Positions 9,061 through 21,034 of a stretch of DNA of 64,000 bases are shown here, piece after piece (the stretch's first letter is position 1; each line of letters opens with the position of its first letter). Location: sequence record NC_054920.1. One strand, written 5' to 3'. Position numbers and translations under genes: made by a program. The DNA comes from Escherichia phage vB_EcoM_G9062. The notes under the pieces were generated by a model. That model had not been told where the DNA came from. It made no database searches and saw only the letters and a program-made list of their open reading frames with translations.

Positions 9061-9785
9061 TATAGTACCTTTAGTGTATTTTTAATTTTAGAAAAAAGTT
9101 CTTCAAGAGAACCATCGTTTGTAATTACTAAATCGCCATCACGAATTGGCAATCCAGCTTCTGTAATATGTGTATCATTGGATTTTTGACCAGGACGAAC
9201 TACATGAATTACTGTAGCACCCATCGCCCTAGCCGCATCCATTTCATGATCTTGACGGGTATCAGGAACGATATAATAATCATAACCTGAGTTAAATTTA
9301 TCAAGATAATCTAAAGCAAATAATTTTACCCAGTACATGCGGTCGAAGTTATTAACAATCAAATCCGTACCTAGGGCTTGCATCAGACGACGGACTGACC
9401 ATTGATCTTCAATATTATTTATAACGTCAATAATCTTGTTAAATGCTACGGAATTAACTGATTCTTGTCCTTCGTCATCAAAAACAAACACACCTTTAAT
9501 TGGGCTTTTACCATTAAGATAGCAAAATGCTTGTTCCATAATCGTGATTACTTCTAATTTAGTTAGATTTAAATTAGTCTCACGATCATAGTCAATTCCT
9601 TCAAACTCTTTACGAGTTAAGCAAGGATAGTCGGTATTTGCTGCAAATACTCCCCATGCATAAGCCAATGCATCCTTAATAGGACCAGCAAGTTGGTATT
9701 TAACTGCAGAATAATTGCTCATGATAAAATCAGCAGTAGTATCTTTTCCACTACGCTTTACACCGCTTAAAAAGATTAGTTTCAT
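9060..9785 (-). CDS. 1: Deoxynucleoside monophosphate kinase, 241 aa
   Basis: P-loop MKLIFLSGVKRSGKDT; length and position as T4 gp1. Confidence 0.9.
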
Positions 9786-9834
9786 ATGTTTCTCCTCAAA
9801 TTTAGTTAAGATTATAACACATGAAACTGAAGCA

Positions 9835-10365
9835 TTAAACTTCCGCTATAATTTTTCCATCTTTTTCTACTTGAAAATACGTATAAGGAATCGTTGCTGT
9901 ACATACTAAAGCCGGGTCTGAATCTTCTGTGTAGCTAAATTCTACTTCAGATAGGTCAGAAACCCAAGGCTTATAAAAATTTATTGACATCACGATTTCA
10001 GTTTTGCTATTATCTAAAATGTAAAGCGTAATGTATTCAGGACCTGTTTTTTGGGCAGTATTTTCACCTGTAAGATAGTTGCTAGTTCCTAGCATCCATT
10101 CATACATTCCTATCCATGACTTAAGTTCTTCATCAACTATAAATCTCACGATGAGTGGATCGTACTCAAATGTAGCACCTGGACGTTGTGCTCGGCCCAG
10201 TCCAAACGGCCCAGTCACGGTATCAGTAACAGGTATTCTAATTCCTGGAATAGGAACTGACTGAGCATTTAAAGTAAAAGCAGATGTAGTATTACTATGT
10301 GGTATTGATACTACAAAGTTAGTTGTATTTGCTTGGTTAAAAATTTGTTGCAGTGCTTGCGACAT
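9835..10365 (-). CDS. 3: Tail completion and sheath stabiliser gp3 (176 aa from the internal ATG at 10365; ORF extends to 10446)
   Basis: MSQALQQIFNQANTTNFVVSIPHS... with length matching T4 gp3; gene order 1-3-2-4. Confidence 0.85.
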   Translation of the reverse strand: MSQALQQIFNQANTTNFVVSIPHSNTTSAFTLNAQSVPIPGIRIPVTDTVTGPFGLGRAQRPGATFEYDPLIVRFIVDEELKSWIGMYEWMLGTSNYLTGENTAQKTGPEYITLYILDNSKTEIVMSINFYKPWVSDLSEVEFSYTEDSDPALVCTATIPYTYFQVEKDGKIIAEV

Positions 10366-10471
10366 ATATTCCTCATAATGCTTTATAACTGTTGGTGGTA
10401 TAATGGGTCTAAGTCCCTTCCATTCAATTCCATTTAGAACAAACAACAGAAAAGAATGGAAGATAATAGAA

Positions 10472-11296
10472 TTAGATATTTGACCAGACTTTGTTTGCAG
10501 AGAAACGTTTTCCTTTTGAAACGAACTGCTGAAGTGGCATTAACACAACGTTCGCCCAGTCTTTCGGGGCGATTTCAACAAGGCTACCCATAATATTACC
10601 AGGTATATATGCCTTAATCATTTGGTCTGCACCCCTAAATCCTTTCACTTGACTCCAATCAATTTTTAATTTCGTTTTATTAGTAATAGTAGGTGTATTT
10701 GAATATTGCTTTAAAAGCTCTTCTAGGAATTGCTGGCGAGCTTTAGGTGGAATATAGTGCAAGTTCAATCCGTACATTAAATTATGCTTACCTAAACCAA
10801 GGTAAATTATCAAAGGAAATTTATCCCAGTAAGGAAGAGTTTCCTTGTGTTTAGCATCATAAGCAAAAGCATATATTCGTCCCGGCTGCGGGCGAACAAC
10901 TTTATGTCCTTTTACTTGCTTAATAGTTTCAGCAAACCACTTTCTGGTTTTATTATTAATTGCTGCGCCTTCATTACGAATTTTATCGCGCAATGTTTGT
11001 CTGAATGAATTTATCATAAGCAGTTGTCTTTCTTGCTTATTGAGTTTATTCATTGGTTTTGATTCAAGCTTTTGAATCTTTTCAGCCGTTTTAATTCCTG
11101 AAGCATATTTTGACATTGCTGAAGTAAACGTAGAGTATTTGATTCCTCTTTCTTCAGCAAATTGCTTTCCTGTCATTCCTTTTGCTTTGGCCTTTTTATA
11201 TTCAAGACCTATCTGAATCCATTTCTTTTCGTTTAATGATTGCTTAACCTTTGGAACTTGGGGTGTGCTTTCATTAATTATTTGAAAAATAGCCAT
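10472..11296 (-). CDS. 2: DNA end protector gp2, 274 aa
   Basis: Length and position as T4 gp2. Confidence 0.85.
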   Translation of the reverse strand: MAIFQIINESTPQVPKVKQSLNEKKWIQIGLEYKKAKAKGMTGKQFAEERGIKYSTFTSAMSKYASGIKTAEKIQKLESKPMNKLNKQERQLLMINSFRQTLRDKIRNEGAAINNKTRKWFAETIKQVKGHKVVRPQPGRIYAFAYDAKHKETLPYWDKFPLIIYLGLGKHNLMYGLNLHYIPPKARQQFLEELLKQYSNTPTITNKTKLKIDWSQVKGFRGADQMIKAYIPGNIMGSLVEIAPKDWANVVLMPLQQFVSKGKRFSANKVWSNI

Positions 11297-11748
11297 TATG
11301 CCCCCTTAAAGCCAAGAGCTCGTAATCCATCTTCTGTTAAAATTCTAAATTTTATTCCACGCTTTTCAGCTAAAGATTGTGCTGCTTTCCATTTGTCGGT
11401 GTTAACAGACCAGGTATAAATTTCATTCATAAATCTTTTCTTCGCTGCGGTTGTTAGATGCGCCGGTTTAACTGGTGGTTGTGTTTCTTTTTTAGGTTTT
11501 ATTTCAATAAAAAATTCTTGTCCAGAAGAATCTTTCATCCAAATATCCATGAAGTATCTACGTTTTTTCCCTTCTGCATTACAAAAATAAGGAATTACTG
11601 CTGTTTCACTACCCCATGCAATAATTTCTGGATTTTTATCTAACCATTCAAAAAAGAATTTTTCCCAATTTGATCTATACGTAATTTTTTTAGGGTCACC
11701 TCTATACTTTGATATATTTTTAGGAACCCATTTTCCAGAATATGCCAT
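11296..11748 (-). CDS. 4: Head completion protein gp4, 150 aa
   Basis: Length and position as T4 gp4; divergent late promoter region upstream. Confidence 0.85.
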   Translation of the reverse strand: MAYSGKWVPKNISKYRGDPKKITYRSNWEKFFFEWLDKNPEIIAWGSETAVIPYFCNAEGKKRRYFMDIWMKDSSGQEFFIEIKPKKETQPPVKPAHLTTAAKKRFMNEIYTWSVNTDKWKAAQSLAEKRGIKFRILTEDGLRALGFKGA

Positions 11749-11759
11749 TGGATTCTCCT

Positions 11760-11767
11760 TATAAATA
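11760..11767 (+). promoter_or_regulatory. T4 late promoter core TATAAATA upstream of gene 53 (the 11749-11795 region also carries a minus-strand TATAAATA facing gene 4)
   Basis: Exact TATAAATA about 30 bp upstream of the gene 53 ATG. Confidence 0.6.
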
Positions 11768-11795
11768 GATAATATATTTATAAACAGGAGGGCCC

Positions 11796-12386
11796 ATGCT
11801 CTTTACATTTTTTGATCCGATTGAATATGCGGCCAAAACGGTGAATAAAAACGCGCCGACTATTCCTATGACAGATATTTTTAGAAACTATAAAGACTAT
11901 TTTAAACGCGCTCTTGCGGGATACCGCTTACGTACTTATTATATCAAAGGTTCACCACGCCCGGAAGAATTAGCAAATACTATATATGGAAATCCACAGT
12001 TGTATTGGGTTTTATTGATGTGTAATGATAATTATGACCCGTATTATGGATGGATTACTTCACAAGAAGCAGCTTATCAAGCATCTATACAAAAATACAA
12101 AAATGTAGGTGGAGACCAAATAGTATATCATGTGAATGAGAACGGTGAAAAATTTTATAATTTAATATCATACGATGATAATCCATATGTTTGGTATGAT
12201 AAAGGTGATAAAGCTAGAAAATATCCTCAATATGAAGGAGCACTTGCTGCTGTTAATACGTATGAAGATGCTGTTCTTGAAAATGAAAAACTTCGTCAAA
12301 TAAAAATAATAGCAAAATCAGACATTAATTCATTTATGAACGACCTTATACGTATAATGGAGAAATCTTATGGAAATGATAAGTAA
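11796..12386 (+). CDS. 53: Baseplate wedge protein gp53, 196 aa
   Basis: Length and position as T4 gp53. Confidence 0.9.
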   Translation: MLFTFFDPIEYAAKTVNKNAPTIPMTDIFRNYKDYFKRALAGYRLRTYYIKGSPRPEELANTIYGNPQLYWVLLMCNDNYDPYYGWITSQEAAYQASIQKYKNVGGDQIVYHVNENGEKFYNLISYDDNPYVWYDKGDKARKYPQYEGALAAVNTYEDAVLENEKLRQIKIIAKSDINSFMNDLIRIMEKSYGNDK

Positions 12387-14097
12387 TAACCTTAATTGGT
12401 TTGTTGGTGTTGTTGAAGATAGAATGGACCCATTAAAATTAGGTCGTGTTCGTGTTCGTGTGGTTGGTCTGCATCCACCTCAAAGAGCACAAGGCGATGT
12501 AATGGGTATTCCAACTGAAAAATTACCATGGATGTCAGTTATTCAACCTATAACTTCTGCAGCAATGTCTGGAATTGGAGGTTCTGTTACTGGACCGGTA
12601 GAAGGAACTAGAGTTTATGGTCATTTTTTAGACAAATGGAAAACTAACGGAATTGTCCTTGGCACGTATGGTGGAATAGTTCGCGAAAAACCGAATAGAC
12701 TTGAAGGATTTTCTGACCCAACTGGGCAATATCCTAGACGTTTAGGAAATGATACTAATGTATTAAACCAAGGCGGAGAAGTAGGATATGATTCGTCTTC
12801 TAACATTATCCAAGATAGTAACTTAGACACTGCAATAAATCCCGATGATAGACCACTATCAGAGATTCCAACCGATGATAATCCAAATATGTCAATGGCT
12901 GACATGCTTCGCCGTGATGAAGGATTAAGACTAAAAGTTTATTGGGATACTGAAGGATATCCGACAATTGGTATTGGTCATCTTATCATGAAGCAGCCAG
13001 TTCGTGATATGGCTCAAATTAATAAAGTTTTATCAAAACAAGTTGGTCGTGAAATTACTGGAAACCCAGGTTCTATTACGATGGAAGAGGCGACGACTTT
13101 ATTTGAACGTGATTTGGCTGATATGCAACGGGACATTAAATCACATTCTAAAGTAGGACCAGTCTGGCAAGCTGTCAACCGTTCTCGTCAAATGGCGTTA
13201 GAAAATATGGCATTTCAAATGGGTGTTGGCGGTGTAGCTAAATTTAACACAATGTTAACTGCTATGTTAGCCGGAGATTGGGAAAAAGCATATAAAGCCG
13301 GTCGTGATTCATTGTGGTATCAACAAACAAAAGGCCGTGCATCCCGTGTTACCATGATTATTCTTACGGGGAATTTGGAATCATATGGTGTTGAAGTGAA
13401 AACCCCAGCTAGGTCTCTATCAGCAATGGCTGCTACTGTAGCTAAATCTTCTGACCCGGCTGACCCTCCTATTCCAAATGACTCGAGAATTTTATTCAAA
13501 GAACCAGTTTCTTCATATAAAGGTGAATATCCTTATGTGCATACAATGGAAACTGAAAGCGGACATATTCAGGAATTTGATGATACTCCTGGGCAAGAAC
13601 GATACAGATTAGTTCATCCGACTGGAACTTATGAAGAAGTATCACCGTCAGGAAGAAGAACAAGAAAAACTGTCGATAATTTGTATGATATAACCAACGC
13701 TGATGGTAATTTTTTGGTAGCCGGTGATAAAAAGACTAACGTCGGTGGATCAGAAATTTATTACAACATGGATAATCGTCTTCACCAAATAGATGGAAGC
13801 AATACAATATTTGTACGTGGCGATGAAACTAAGACAGTTGAAGGCAATGGAACTATCCTAGTTAAAGGTAATGTTACTATTGTAGTTGAAGGTAATGCTG
13901 ACATTACAGTTAAAGGAGATGCTACCACTTTAGTTGAAGGAAATCAAACTAACACAGTAAATGGAAATCTTTCTTGGAAAGTTGCTGGGACAGTTGATTG
14001 GGACGTTGGTGGTGATTGGACAGAAAAAATGGCATCTATGAGTTCTATTTCATCTGGTCAATACACAATTGATGGATCGAGGATTGACATTGGCTAA
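12370..14097 (+). CDS. 5: Baseplate hub and tail lysozyme (cell-puncturing device) gp5, 575 aa
   Basis: N-terminal OB-fold, central lysozyme domain (MLRRDEGLRLKVYWDTEGYPTIGIGHL, paralogous to e), C-terminal VxGxxxxx beta-helix repeats. Confidence 0.95.
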   Translation: MEMISNNLNWFVGVVEDRMDPLKLGRVRVRVVGLHPPQRAQGDVMGIPTEKLPWMSVIQPITSAAMSGIGGSVTGPVEGTRVYGHFLDKWKTNGIVLGTYGGIVREKPNRLEGFSDPTGQYPRRLGNDTNVLNQGGEVGYDSSSNIIQDSNLDTAINPDDRPLSEIPTDDNPNMSMADMLRRDEGLRLKVYWDTEGYPTIGIGHLIMKQPVRDMAQINKVLSKQVGREITGNPGSITMEEATTLFERDLADMQRDIKSHSKVGPVWQAVNRSRQMALENMAFQMGVGGVAKFNTMLTAMLAGDWEKAYKAGRDSLWYQQTKGRASRVTMIILTGNLESYGVEVKTPARSLSAMAATVAKSSDPADPPIPNDSRILFKEPVSSYKGEYPYVHTMETESGHIQEFDDTPGQERYRLVHPTGTYEEVSPSGRRTRKTVDNLYDITNADGNFLVAGDKKTNVGGSEIYYNMDNRLHQIDGSNTIFVRGDETKTVEGNGTILVKGNVTIVVEGNADITVKGDATTLVEGNQTNTVNGNLSWKVAGTVDWDVGGDWTEKMASMSSISSGQYTIDGSRIDIG

Positions 14098-14626
14098 TAT
14101 ACTTCCAATGAGCGCTGATTTAGGAGAATCCATGGAAGGTTCTTCTATCGACGTCACCTTTACCGCTCAATTAGAAACAGGTGAAACGTTAGTATCTATA
14201 AATATAACTAGTTACGAAGAAACTCCTGGGGTTTTAGTAGAAGAAAATCGCTTATACGGAACATATGAATCTGTGTTTGGATTTGGAAATGACGCGTTGA
14301 AATATCGTTTAGGCGATGAATTTAAAACTGCTGCTTCATGGGAAGAACTTCCTACTGATTCTGATACTCAGTTGTATTTATGGAAAGCTCCTCAAAACCT
14401 CCAGAAGACATTCACTTACGAAGTAACATTAATATATGACTACCAAGAACAAAGTGAATCTGGAGGTTCTGGCAGTAATTCTAGGTCATCTTCTGATACT
14501 ACTGAACCGACAGATCCTCCTGCTCCAGTAAGAAAAACTCTCGTTAAAAATTATACTAAAACTATAGTTGGAAATTGGAGTCGTTGGGCTAATAAATTAA
14601 GAAGCTATGTGTATGAGAGGTCATAG
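14069..14626 (+). CDS. 5.1: gp5.1-like hypothetical protein (start uncertain)
   Basis: ORF between 5 and 5.4; position as T4 5.1. Confidence 0.6.
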
Positions 14627-14920
14627 ATGTCAGGATTAAGTTATGATAAATGTGTTACTGCTGGTCATGAAGCATGGCCTCCAACAGTTGTGAATGCTAC
14701 ACAAAGTAAAGTATTCACTGGAGGAATTGCTGTTCTCGTAGCAGGTGATCCAATTACAGAACATACAGAAATTAAAAAGCCATATGAAACACATGGCGGA
14801 GTGACACAACCCAGAACTTCTAAGGTATATGTCACTGGAAAGAAAGCTGTTCAAATGGCTGATCCAATATCATGCGGTGATACTGTGGCTCAGGCATCAT
14901 CTAAAGTATTCATTAAATAG
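14627..14920 (+). CDS. 5.4: PAAR-repeat spike tip protein gp5.4, 97 aa
   Basis: 97 aa, cysteine and histidine content, position before gene 6. Confidence 0.8.
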
Positions 14921-14928
14921 GATTTAAA

Positions 14929-16911
14929 ATGGCAAATACCCCTGTAAATTATCAATTAACAAGAACAGCAAATGCTATTCCCGAGATATTCGTCGGGGGT
15001 ACGTTTGCTGAAATAAAACAAAACCTCATTGAATGGCTTAATGGCCAAAATGAATTTTTGGATTATGATTTTGAAGGCTCAAGATTAAACGTTCTGTGTG
15101 ACCTTTTAGCTTATAATACATTGTACATTCAACAGTTTGGTAATGCTGCTGTGTATGAAAGCTTTATGCGTACTGCTAACTTACGAAGTTCAGTTGTTCA
15201 AGCTGCACAAGATAACGGATATTTACCTACTTCAAAATCCGCTGCGCAGACCGAAATTATGTTAACATGCACCGACGCATTGAATAGGAATTACATTACT
15301 ATTCCTCGCGGAACTCGCTTTTTAGCATATGCAAAAGATACTTCTGTTAATCCATATAACTTCGTTTCTACCGAAGACGTTATTGCTATTCGTGATAAAA
15401 ATAACCAATATTTTCCGCGTTTAAAATTGGCCCAGGGACGTATAGTAAGAACTGAAATCATTTATGATAAATTAACACCTATTATCATTTATGATAAAAA
15501 TATTGATAGAAACCAGGTTAAATTATACGTTGATGGAGCAGAATGGATTAACTGGACAAGAAAGTCAATGGTTCATGCTGGTTCTACATCGACAATTTAC
15601 TACATGCGTGAAACTATTGATGGAAATACTGAATTCTATTTTGGTGAAGGTGAAATTTCTGTTAATGCTTCTGAAGGAGCTTTGACCGCTAATTATATCG
15701 GAGGTCTTAAACCTACTCAGAACTCTACGATTGTTATTGAGTACATCAGTACTAATGGTGCTGACGCGAACGGAGCAGTCGGATTTTCATACGCAGATAC
15801 ATTAACAAATATAACTGTCATCAATATTAATGAAAATCCAAACGATGACCCAGATTTTGTTGGGGCAGATGGCGGCGGTGATCCAGAAGATATTGAGCGT
15901 ATCCGCGAATTGGGTACTATTAAACGCGAAACCCAGCAACGCTGCGTAACTGCGACTGACTATGATACATTCGTTTCAGAGAGATTTGGTTCTATTATTC
16001 AAGCAGTTCAGACTTTCACTGATTCTACTAAACCTGGTTATGCATTTATTGCTGCTAAACCTAAATCAGGTCTGTATTTAACTACTGTACAGCGTGAAGA
16101 TATTAAAAATTATCTCAAAGACTATAATTTAGCTCCTATTACGCCATCAATTATTTCTCCTAATTATCTTTTTATTAAGACTAATTTAAAAGTCACATAT
16201 GCTTTAAATAAGCTGCAAGAATCCGAACAGTGGCTCGAAGGTCAAATAATTGATAAAATTGATCGTTATTATACCGAAGACGTAGAAATTTTTAATTCAT
16301 CTTTCGCTAAATCTAAGATGTTGACATATGTAGATGATGCAGATCATTCTATCATTGGCTCATCAGCGACAATTCAAATTGTTCGTGAAGTACAAAACTT
16401 CTATAAAACGCCTGAAGCAGGTATTAAATACAATAATCAAATAAAAGATCGTTCTATGGAATCTAATACGTTTTCATTTAATTCTGGACGAAAGGTTGTA
16501 AATCCTGATACTGGTTTAGAAGAAGATGTATTATATGACGTTCGCATAGTATCAACAGACCGAGATTCTAAAGGAATTGGTAAAGTTATTATTGGTCCAT
16601 TTGCTTCTGGCGATGTTACAGAAAATGAAAACATTCAGCCATATACAGGCAACGATTTTAACAAATTAGCAAATTCTGATGGACGCGACAAATACTATGT
16701 TATCGGTGAAATAAATTATCCAGCTGATGTGATTTATTGGAATATCGCTAAAATTAATTTAACATCTGAAAAATTTGAAGTTCAGACCATCGAATTATAT
16801 TCTGACCCAACCGATGATGTTATCTTTACTCGCGACGGTTCACTGATTGTATTTGAAAATGACTTACGTCCACAATACTTAACTATCGATTTGGAGCCTA
16901 TATCACAATGA
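14929..16911 (+). CDS. 6: Baseplate wedge protein gp6, 660 aa
   Basis: Length and order match T4. Confidence 0.9.
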   Translation: MANTPVNYQLTRTANAIPEIFVGGTFAEIKQNLIEWLNGQNEFLDYDFEGSRLNVLCDLLAYNTLYIQQFGNAAVYESFMRTANLRSSVVQAAQDNGYLPTSKSAAQTEIMLTCTDALNRNYITIPRGTRFLAYAKDTSVNPYNFVSTEDVIAIRDKNNQYFPRLKLAQGRIVRTEIIYDKLTPIIIYDKNIDRNQVKLYVDGAEWINWTRKSMVHAGSTSTIYYMRETIDGNTEFYFGEGEISVNASEGALTANYIGGLKPTQNSTIVIEYISTNGADANGAVGFSYADTLTNITVININENPNDDPDFVGADGGGDPEDIERIRELGTIKRETQQRCVTATDYDTFVSERFGSIIQAVQTFTDSTKPGYAFIAAKPKSGLYLTTVQREDIKNYLKDYNLAPITPSIISPNYLFIKTNLKVTYALNKLQESEQWLEGQIIDKIDRYYTEDVEIFNSSFAKSKMLTYVDDADHSIIGSSATIQIVREVQNFYKTPEAGIKYNNQIKDRSMESNTFSFNSGRKVVNPDTGLEEDVLYDVRIVSTDRDSKGIGKVIIGPFASGDVTENENIQPYTGNDFNKLANSDGRDKYYVIGEINYPADVIYWNIAKINLTSEKFEVQTIELYSDPTDDVIFTRDGSLIVFENDLRPQYLTIDLEPISQ

Positions 16912-19900
16912 CAGTAAAAGCACCTTCAGTCACTAGTCTCAGAATTTCCAAGTTATCCGCAAATCAGGTGCAAGTACGCTGGGATGACGTTGGTGCTAAT
17001 TTCTACTATTTTGTAGAAATCGCTGAGACAAAAACGAACTCGGGGGAAAATCTCCCGAGTAATCAATACAGATGGATTAACTTAGGATATACTGCAAATA
17101 ACAGCTTCTTTTTTGATGATGCTGACCCATTGACATCATACATTATCAGAGTAGCTACAGCTGCGCAAGATTTTGAGCAGTCTGATTGGATTTATACCGA
17201 AGAGTTTGAAACTTTTGCTACAAATGCTTATACATTTCAAAACATGATTGAAATGCAATTAGCCAATAAATTCATTCAGGAAAAATTTACTCTTAATAAT
17301 TCTGATTATGTTAATTTTAACAATGACACTATAATGGCTGCATTGATGAATGAATCATTTCAATTCAGCCCATCGTATGTTGATGTTTCATCAATAAGTA
17401 ATTTTATTATTGGTGAAAATGAGTATCATGAAATACAAGGTTCTATTCAGCAAGTATGTAAGGATATTAACCGAGTTTATTTGATGGAATCAGAAGGAAT
17501 TCTATATCTTTTTGAGCGCTATCAACCTGTAGTTAAAGTATCCAATGATAAAGGACAAACCTGGAAAGCCGTAAAGCTCTTCAATGACCGTGTAGGATAT
17601 CCTTTATCTAAGACAGTATATTACCAATCTGCGAACACAACATACGTTCTAGGATACGACAAGATTTTCTATGGCCGTAAATCGACTGACGTTAGATGGT
17701 CAGCAGATGATGTCAGATTCAGTTCGCAGGATATAACATTTGCTAAACTTGGCGACCAGTTACATTTAGGATTTGATGTAGAAATCTTTGGTACTTATGC
17801 GACTTTACCAGCGAATGTATATCGTATAGCTGAAGCCATTACTTGTACGGATGATTATATCTATGTTGTTGCCAGAGATAAAGTTAGATATATAAAAACG
17901 AGCAATGCACCTATAGATTCTGATCCATTATCTCCAACATATTCGGAAAGGCTATTTGAATCTGATACAATGACTATAACTGGAAATCCTAAAGCAGTAT
18001 GCTATAAAATGGATTCTATTGGTGATAAAGTTTTTGCTCTTATTATCGGTGAAGTTGAAACATTAAATGCTAATCCTAGAACGTCAAAAATAATTGATTC
18101 TACTGATAAAGGAATATATGTTTTAAATCATGACACAAAAACGTGGAAAAGAGTTTTTGGCAACACTGAAGAAGAAAGAAGACGTATTCAACCTGGGTAT
18201 GCGAATATGTCAACTGATGGTAAATTAGTTTCTCTATCTTCGAGTAATTTTAAATTTTTAAATGATAACGTTGTTAATGACCCTGAAACTGTAGCAAAAT
18301 ATCAGTTAATCGGTGCCGTTAAATATGAATTTCCTCGTGAATGGTTAGCTGATAAGCATTATCATATGATGGCATTTATAGCAGATGAAAAGTCTGATTG
18401 GGAAACTTTTACGCCTCAGCCAATGAAATACTACGCAGAACCGTTCTTTAATTGGTCTAAAAAATCTAACACACGCTGTTGGATAAACAACTCTAATAGA
18501 GCTGTAGTAGTTTATGCTGATTTAAAATACACTAAAGTTATAGAAAATATTCCGGAAACATCACCAGATAGATTAGTTCATGAATACTGGGATGATGGTG
18601 ATTGTACGATAGTAATGCCAAATGTTAAATTCACGGGATTTAAAAAATATGCGTCTGGGATGCTTTTTTATAAATCTTCTGGTGAAATAATTTCTTATTA
18701 TGATTTTAACTATCGTGTGAGAGATACAGTAGAAATTATTTGGAAGCCGACTGGAGTATTTTTAAAAGCATTTTTACAAAACCAAGAGCATGAGACTCCT
18801 TGGTCGCCAGAAGAAGAGCATGGATTAGCTGACCCTGATTTAAGACCATTAATTGGCACAATGATGCCTGATTCTTATTTGTTGCAGGATTCGAATTTTG
18901 AGGCATTTTGCGAAGCATATATTCAGTATCTTTCTGATGGATATGGAACTCAGTATAACAATTTACGAAATTTAATTCGTAATCAGTATCCACGAGAAGA
19001 GCATGCGTGGGAATATTTGTGGTCAGAGATATATAAAAGAAACATTTATTTAAATGCTGACAAACGTGATGCTGTTGCAAGATTTTTTGAATCACGTAGT
19101 TATGATTTTTATTCTACTAAAGGAATTGAAGCATCATACAAGTTTCTTTTTAAAGTTCTTTATAATGAAGAAGTTGAAATTGAAATTGAATCTGGGGCCG
19201 GTACTGAATATGACATAATCGTTCAATCTGATTCTTTGACTGAAGATTTAGTAGGACAAACGATTTATACGGCAACAGGAAGATGTAATGTTACTTATAT
19301 AGAAAGAAGTTATTCTAATGGTAAATTGCAATGGACCGTAACTATTCATAATCTTTTGGGAAGATTAATTGCTGGTCAAGAAGTTAAAGCAGAAAGACTC
19401 CCTAGTTTTGAAGGCGAAATTATTCGTGGAGTTAAAGGAAAGGATTTGCTTCAAAACAATATAGACTATATTAATAGAAGTAGATCATACTATGTAATGA
19501 AAATTAAATCCAATTTACCTTCTTCCCGCTGGAAATCTGACGTTATTCGTTTTGTTCATCCAGTAGGATTTGGATTTATAGCAATTACCCTTTTAACGAT
19601 GTTTATTAATGTTGGTTTAACTCTTAAACACACAGAGACAATAATTAATAAATATAAAAACTATAAATGGGATTCTGGATTGCCTACTGAATATGCTGAT
19701 AGAGTAGCTAAATTAACTCCAACCGGTGAAATTGAGCATGATTCAGTAACAGGCGAAGCAATTTATGAGCCTGGCCCAATGGCTGGTGTAGAATATCCTC
19801 TTCCTGATGACTATAATGCTGAAAATAATAATTCAATATTTCAAGGTCAATTGCCGTCTGAACGACGTAAATTAATGAGTCCCCTATTTGATGCTTCTGG

Positions 19901-20006
19901 AACAACATTTGCGCAATTTAGGGATTTAGTTAATAAACGTCTAAAAGATAATATAGGAAATCCAAGAGACCCTGAAAATCCAACACAGGTTAAAATAGAT
20001 GAATGA
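16908..20006 (+). CDS. 7: Baseplate wedge protein gp7, 1032 aa
   Basis: Length and order match T4. Confidence 0.9.
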   Translation: MTVKAPSVTSLRISKLSANQVQVRWDDVGANFYYFVEIAETKTNSGENLPSNQYRWINLGYTANNSFFFDDADPLTSYIIRVATAAQDFEQSDWIYTEEFETFATNAYTFQNMIEMQLANKFIQEKFTLNNSDYVNFNNDTIMAALMNESFQFSPSYVDVSSISNFIIGENEYHEIQGSIQQVCKDINRVYLMESEGILYLFERYQPVVKVSNDKGQTWKAVKLFNDRVGYPLSKTVYYQSANTTYVLGYDKIFYGRKSTDVRWSADDVRFSSQDITFAKLGDQLHLGFDVEIFGTYATLPANVYRIAEAITCTDDYIYVVARDKVRYIKTSNAPIDSDPLSPTYSERLFESDTMTITGNPKAVCYKMDSIGDKVFALIIGEVETLNANPRTSKIIDSTDKGIYVLNHDTKTWKRVFGNTEEERRRIQPGYANMSTDGKLVSLSSSNFKFLNDNVVNDPETVAKYQLIGAVKYEFPREWLADKHYHMMAFIADEKSDWETFTPQPMKYYAEPFFNWSKKSNTRCWINNSNRAVVVYADLKYTKVIENIPETSPDRLVHEYWDDGDCTIVMPNVKFTGFKKYASGMLFYKSSGEIISYYDFNYRVRDTVEIIWKPTGVFLKAFLQNQEHETPWSPEEEHGLADPDLRPLIGTMMPDSYLLQDSNFEAFCEAYIQYLSDGYGTQYNNLRNLIRNQYPREEHAWEYLWSEIYKRNIYLNADKRDAVARFFESRSYDFYSTKGIEASYKFLFKVLYNEEVEIEIESGAGTEYDIIVQSDSLTEDLVGQTIYTATGRCNVTYIERSYSNGKLQWTVTIHNLLGRLIAGQEVKAERLPSFEGEIIRGVKGKDLLQNNIDYINRSRSYYVMKIKSNLPSSRWKSDVIRFVHPVGFGFIAITLLTMFINVGLTLKHTETIINKYKNYKWDSGLPTEYADRVAKLTPTGEIEHDSVTGEAIYEPGPMAGVEYPLPDDYNAENNNSIFQGQLPSERRKLMSPLFDASGTTFAQFRDLVNKRLKDNIGNPRDPENPTQVKIDE

Positions 20007-21003
20007 TTCAAGTGTTATCTATCGTGCGATAGTTACTTCAAAATTTAGAACAGAAAAAATGTTGAATTTTTATAATTCAATTGGAAGTGGTCCGGATAAA
20101 AACACTATCTTTATCACATTTGGAAGATCAGAACCGTGGTCATCAAATGAAAATGAGGTGGGCTTTGCCCCACCTTATCCAACCGATTCTGTATTAGGCG
20201 TAACTGACATGTGGACGCATATGATGGGAACAGTAAAGGTTCTTCCATCAATGCTTGACGCAGTTATTCCTCGTCGAGATTGGGGAGATACTAGATATCC
20301 GGATCCATACACATTTAGAATTAACGATATTGTAGTGTGTAACTCAGCTCCTTACAACGCTACTGAATCAGGCGCAGGCTGGTTAGTATATCGTTGTTTA
20401 GATGTTCCTGATACTGGAATGTGTTCAATTGCATCTTTAACTGATAAGGATGAATGCCTTAAATTAGGCGGAAAATGGACTCCTTCTGTTAGGTCAATGA
20501 CTCCTCCTGAAGGTCGAGGAGATGCGGAAGGAACAATCGAACCTGGAGACGGATATGTTTGGGAATATCTTTTTGAGATTCCGCCTGATGTATCTATAAA
20601 TAGATGCACAAATGAATATATCGTAGTTCCTTGGCCTGAGGAATTAAAAGAAGATCCAACTAGATGGGGGTATGAAGATAATCTCACTTGGCAGCAAGAT
20701 GATTTTGGATTAATTTACCGGGTTAAGGCAAATACTATCCGTTTTAAAGCATATTTAGATTCAGTTTATTTTCCTGATGCTGCATTGCCAGGAAATAAAG
20801 GATTTAGACAAATATCAATAATCACGAATCCTCTTGAAGCTAAAGCTCATCCAAATGACCCAAACGTTAAAGCTGAAAAGGATTATTATGACCCAGAAGA
20901 TTTAATGAGGCATTCGGGCGAAATGATTTATATGGAAAATAGGCCACCTATTATCATGGCAATGGATCAGACAGAAGAAATCAATATTCTGTTTACATTT
21001 TAA
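19999..21003 (+). CDS. 8: Baseplate wedge protein gp8, 334 aa
   Basis: Length and order match T4. Confidence 0.9.
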   Translation: MNDSSVIYRAIVTSKFRTEKMLNFYNSIGSGPDKNTIFITFGRSEPWSSNENEVGFAPPYPTDSVLGVTDMWTHMMGTVKVLPSMLDAVIPRRDWGDTRYPDPYTFRINDIVVCNSAPYNATESGAGWLVYRCLDVPDTGMCSIASLTDKDECLKLGGKWTPSVRSMTPPEGRGDAEGTIEPGDGYVWEYLFEIPPDVSINRCTNEYIVVPWPEELKEDPTRWGYEDNLTWQQDDFGLIYRVKANTIRFKAYLDSVYFPDAALPGNKGFRQISIITNPLEAKAHPNDPNVKAEKDYYDPEDLMRHSGEMIYMENRPPIIMAMDQTEEINILFTF

Positions 21004-21005
21004 AT

Positions 21006-21030
21006 TAAGGGAGCCCATGGGCTCCCTTTT
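21006..21030 (+). terminator. Rho-independent terminator after gene 8
   Basis: Hairpin GGGAGCCCATGGGCTCCC followed by a T-run. Confidence 0.7.
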
Positions 21031-21034
21031 TCTT

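Noticed and set aside
12900-13400. Apparent second lysozyme gene (MLRRDEGLRLKVYWDTEGYPTIGIGHL) resembling e
   Set aside because: It is the internal lysozyme domain of the baseplate hub protein gp5, a known paralog of e, not a separate gene or assembly duplication.
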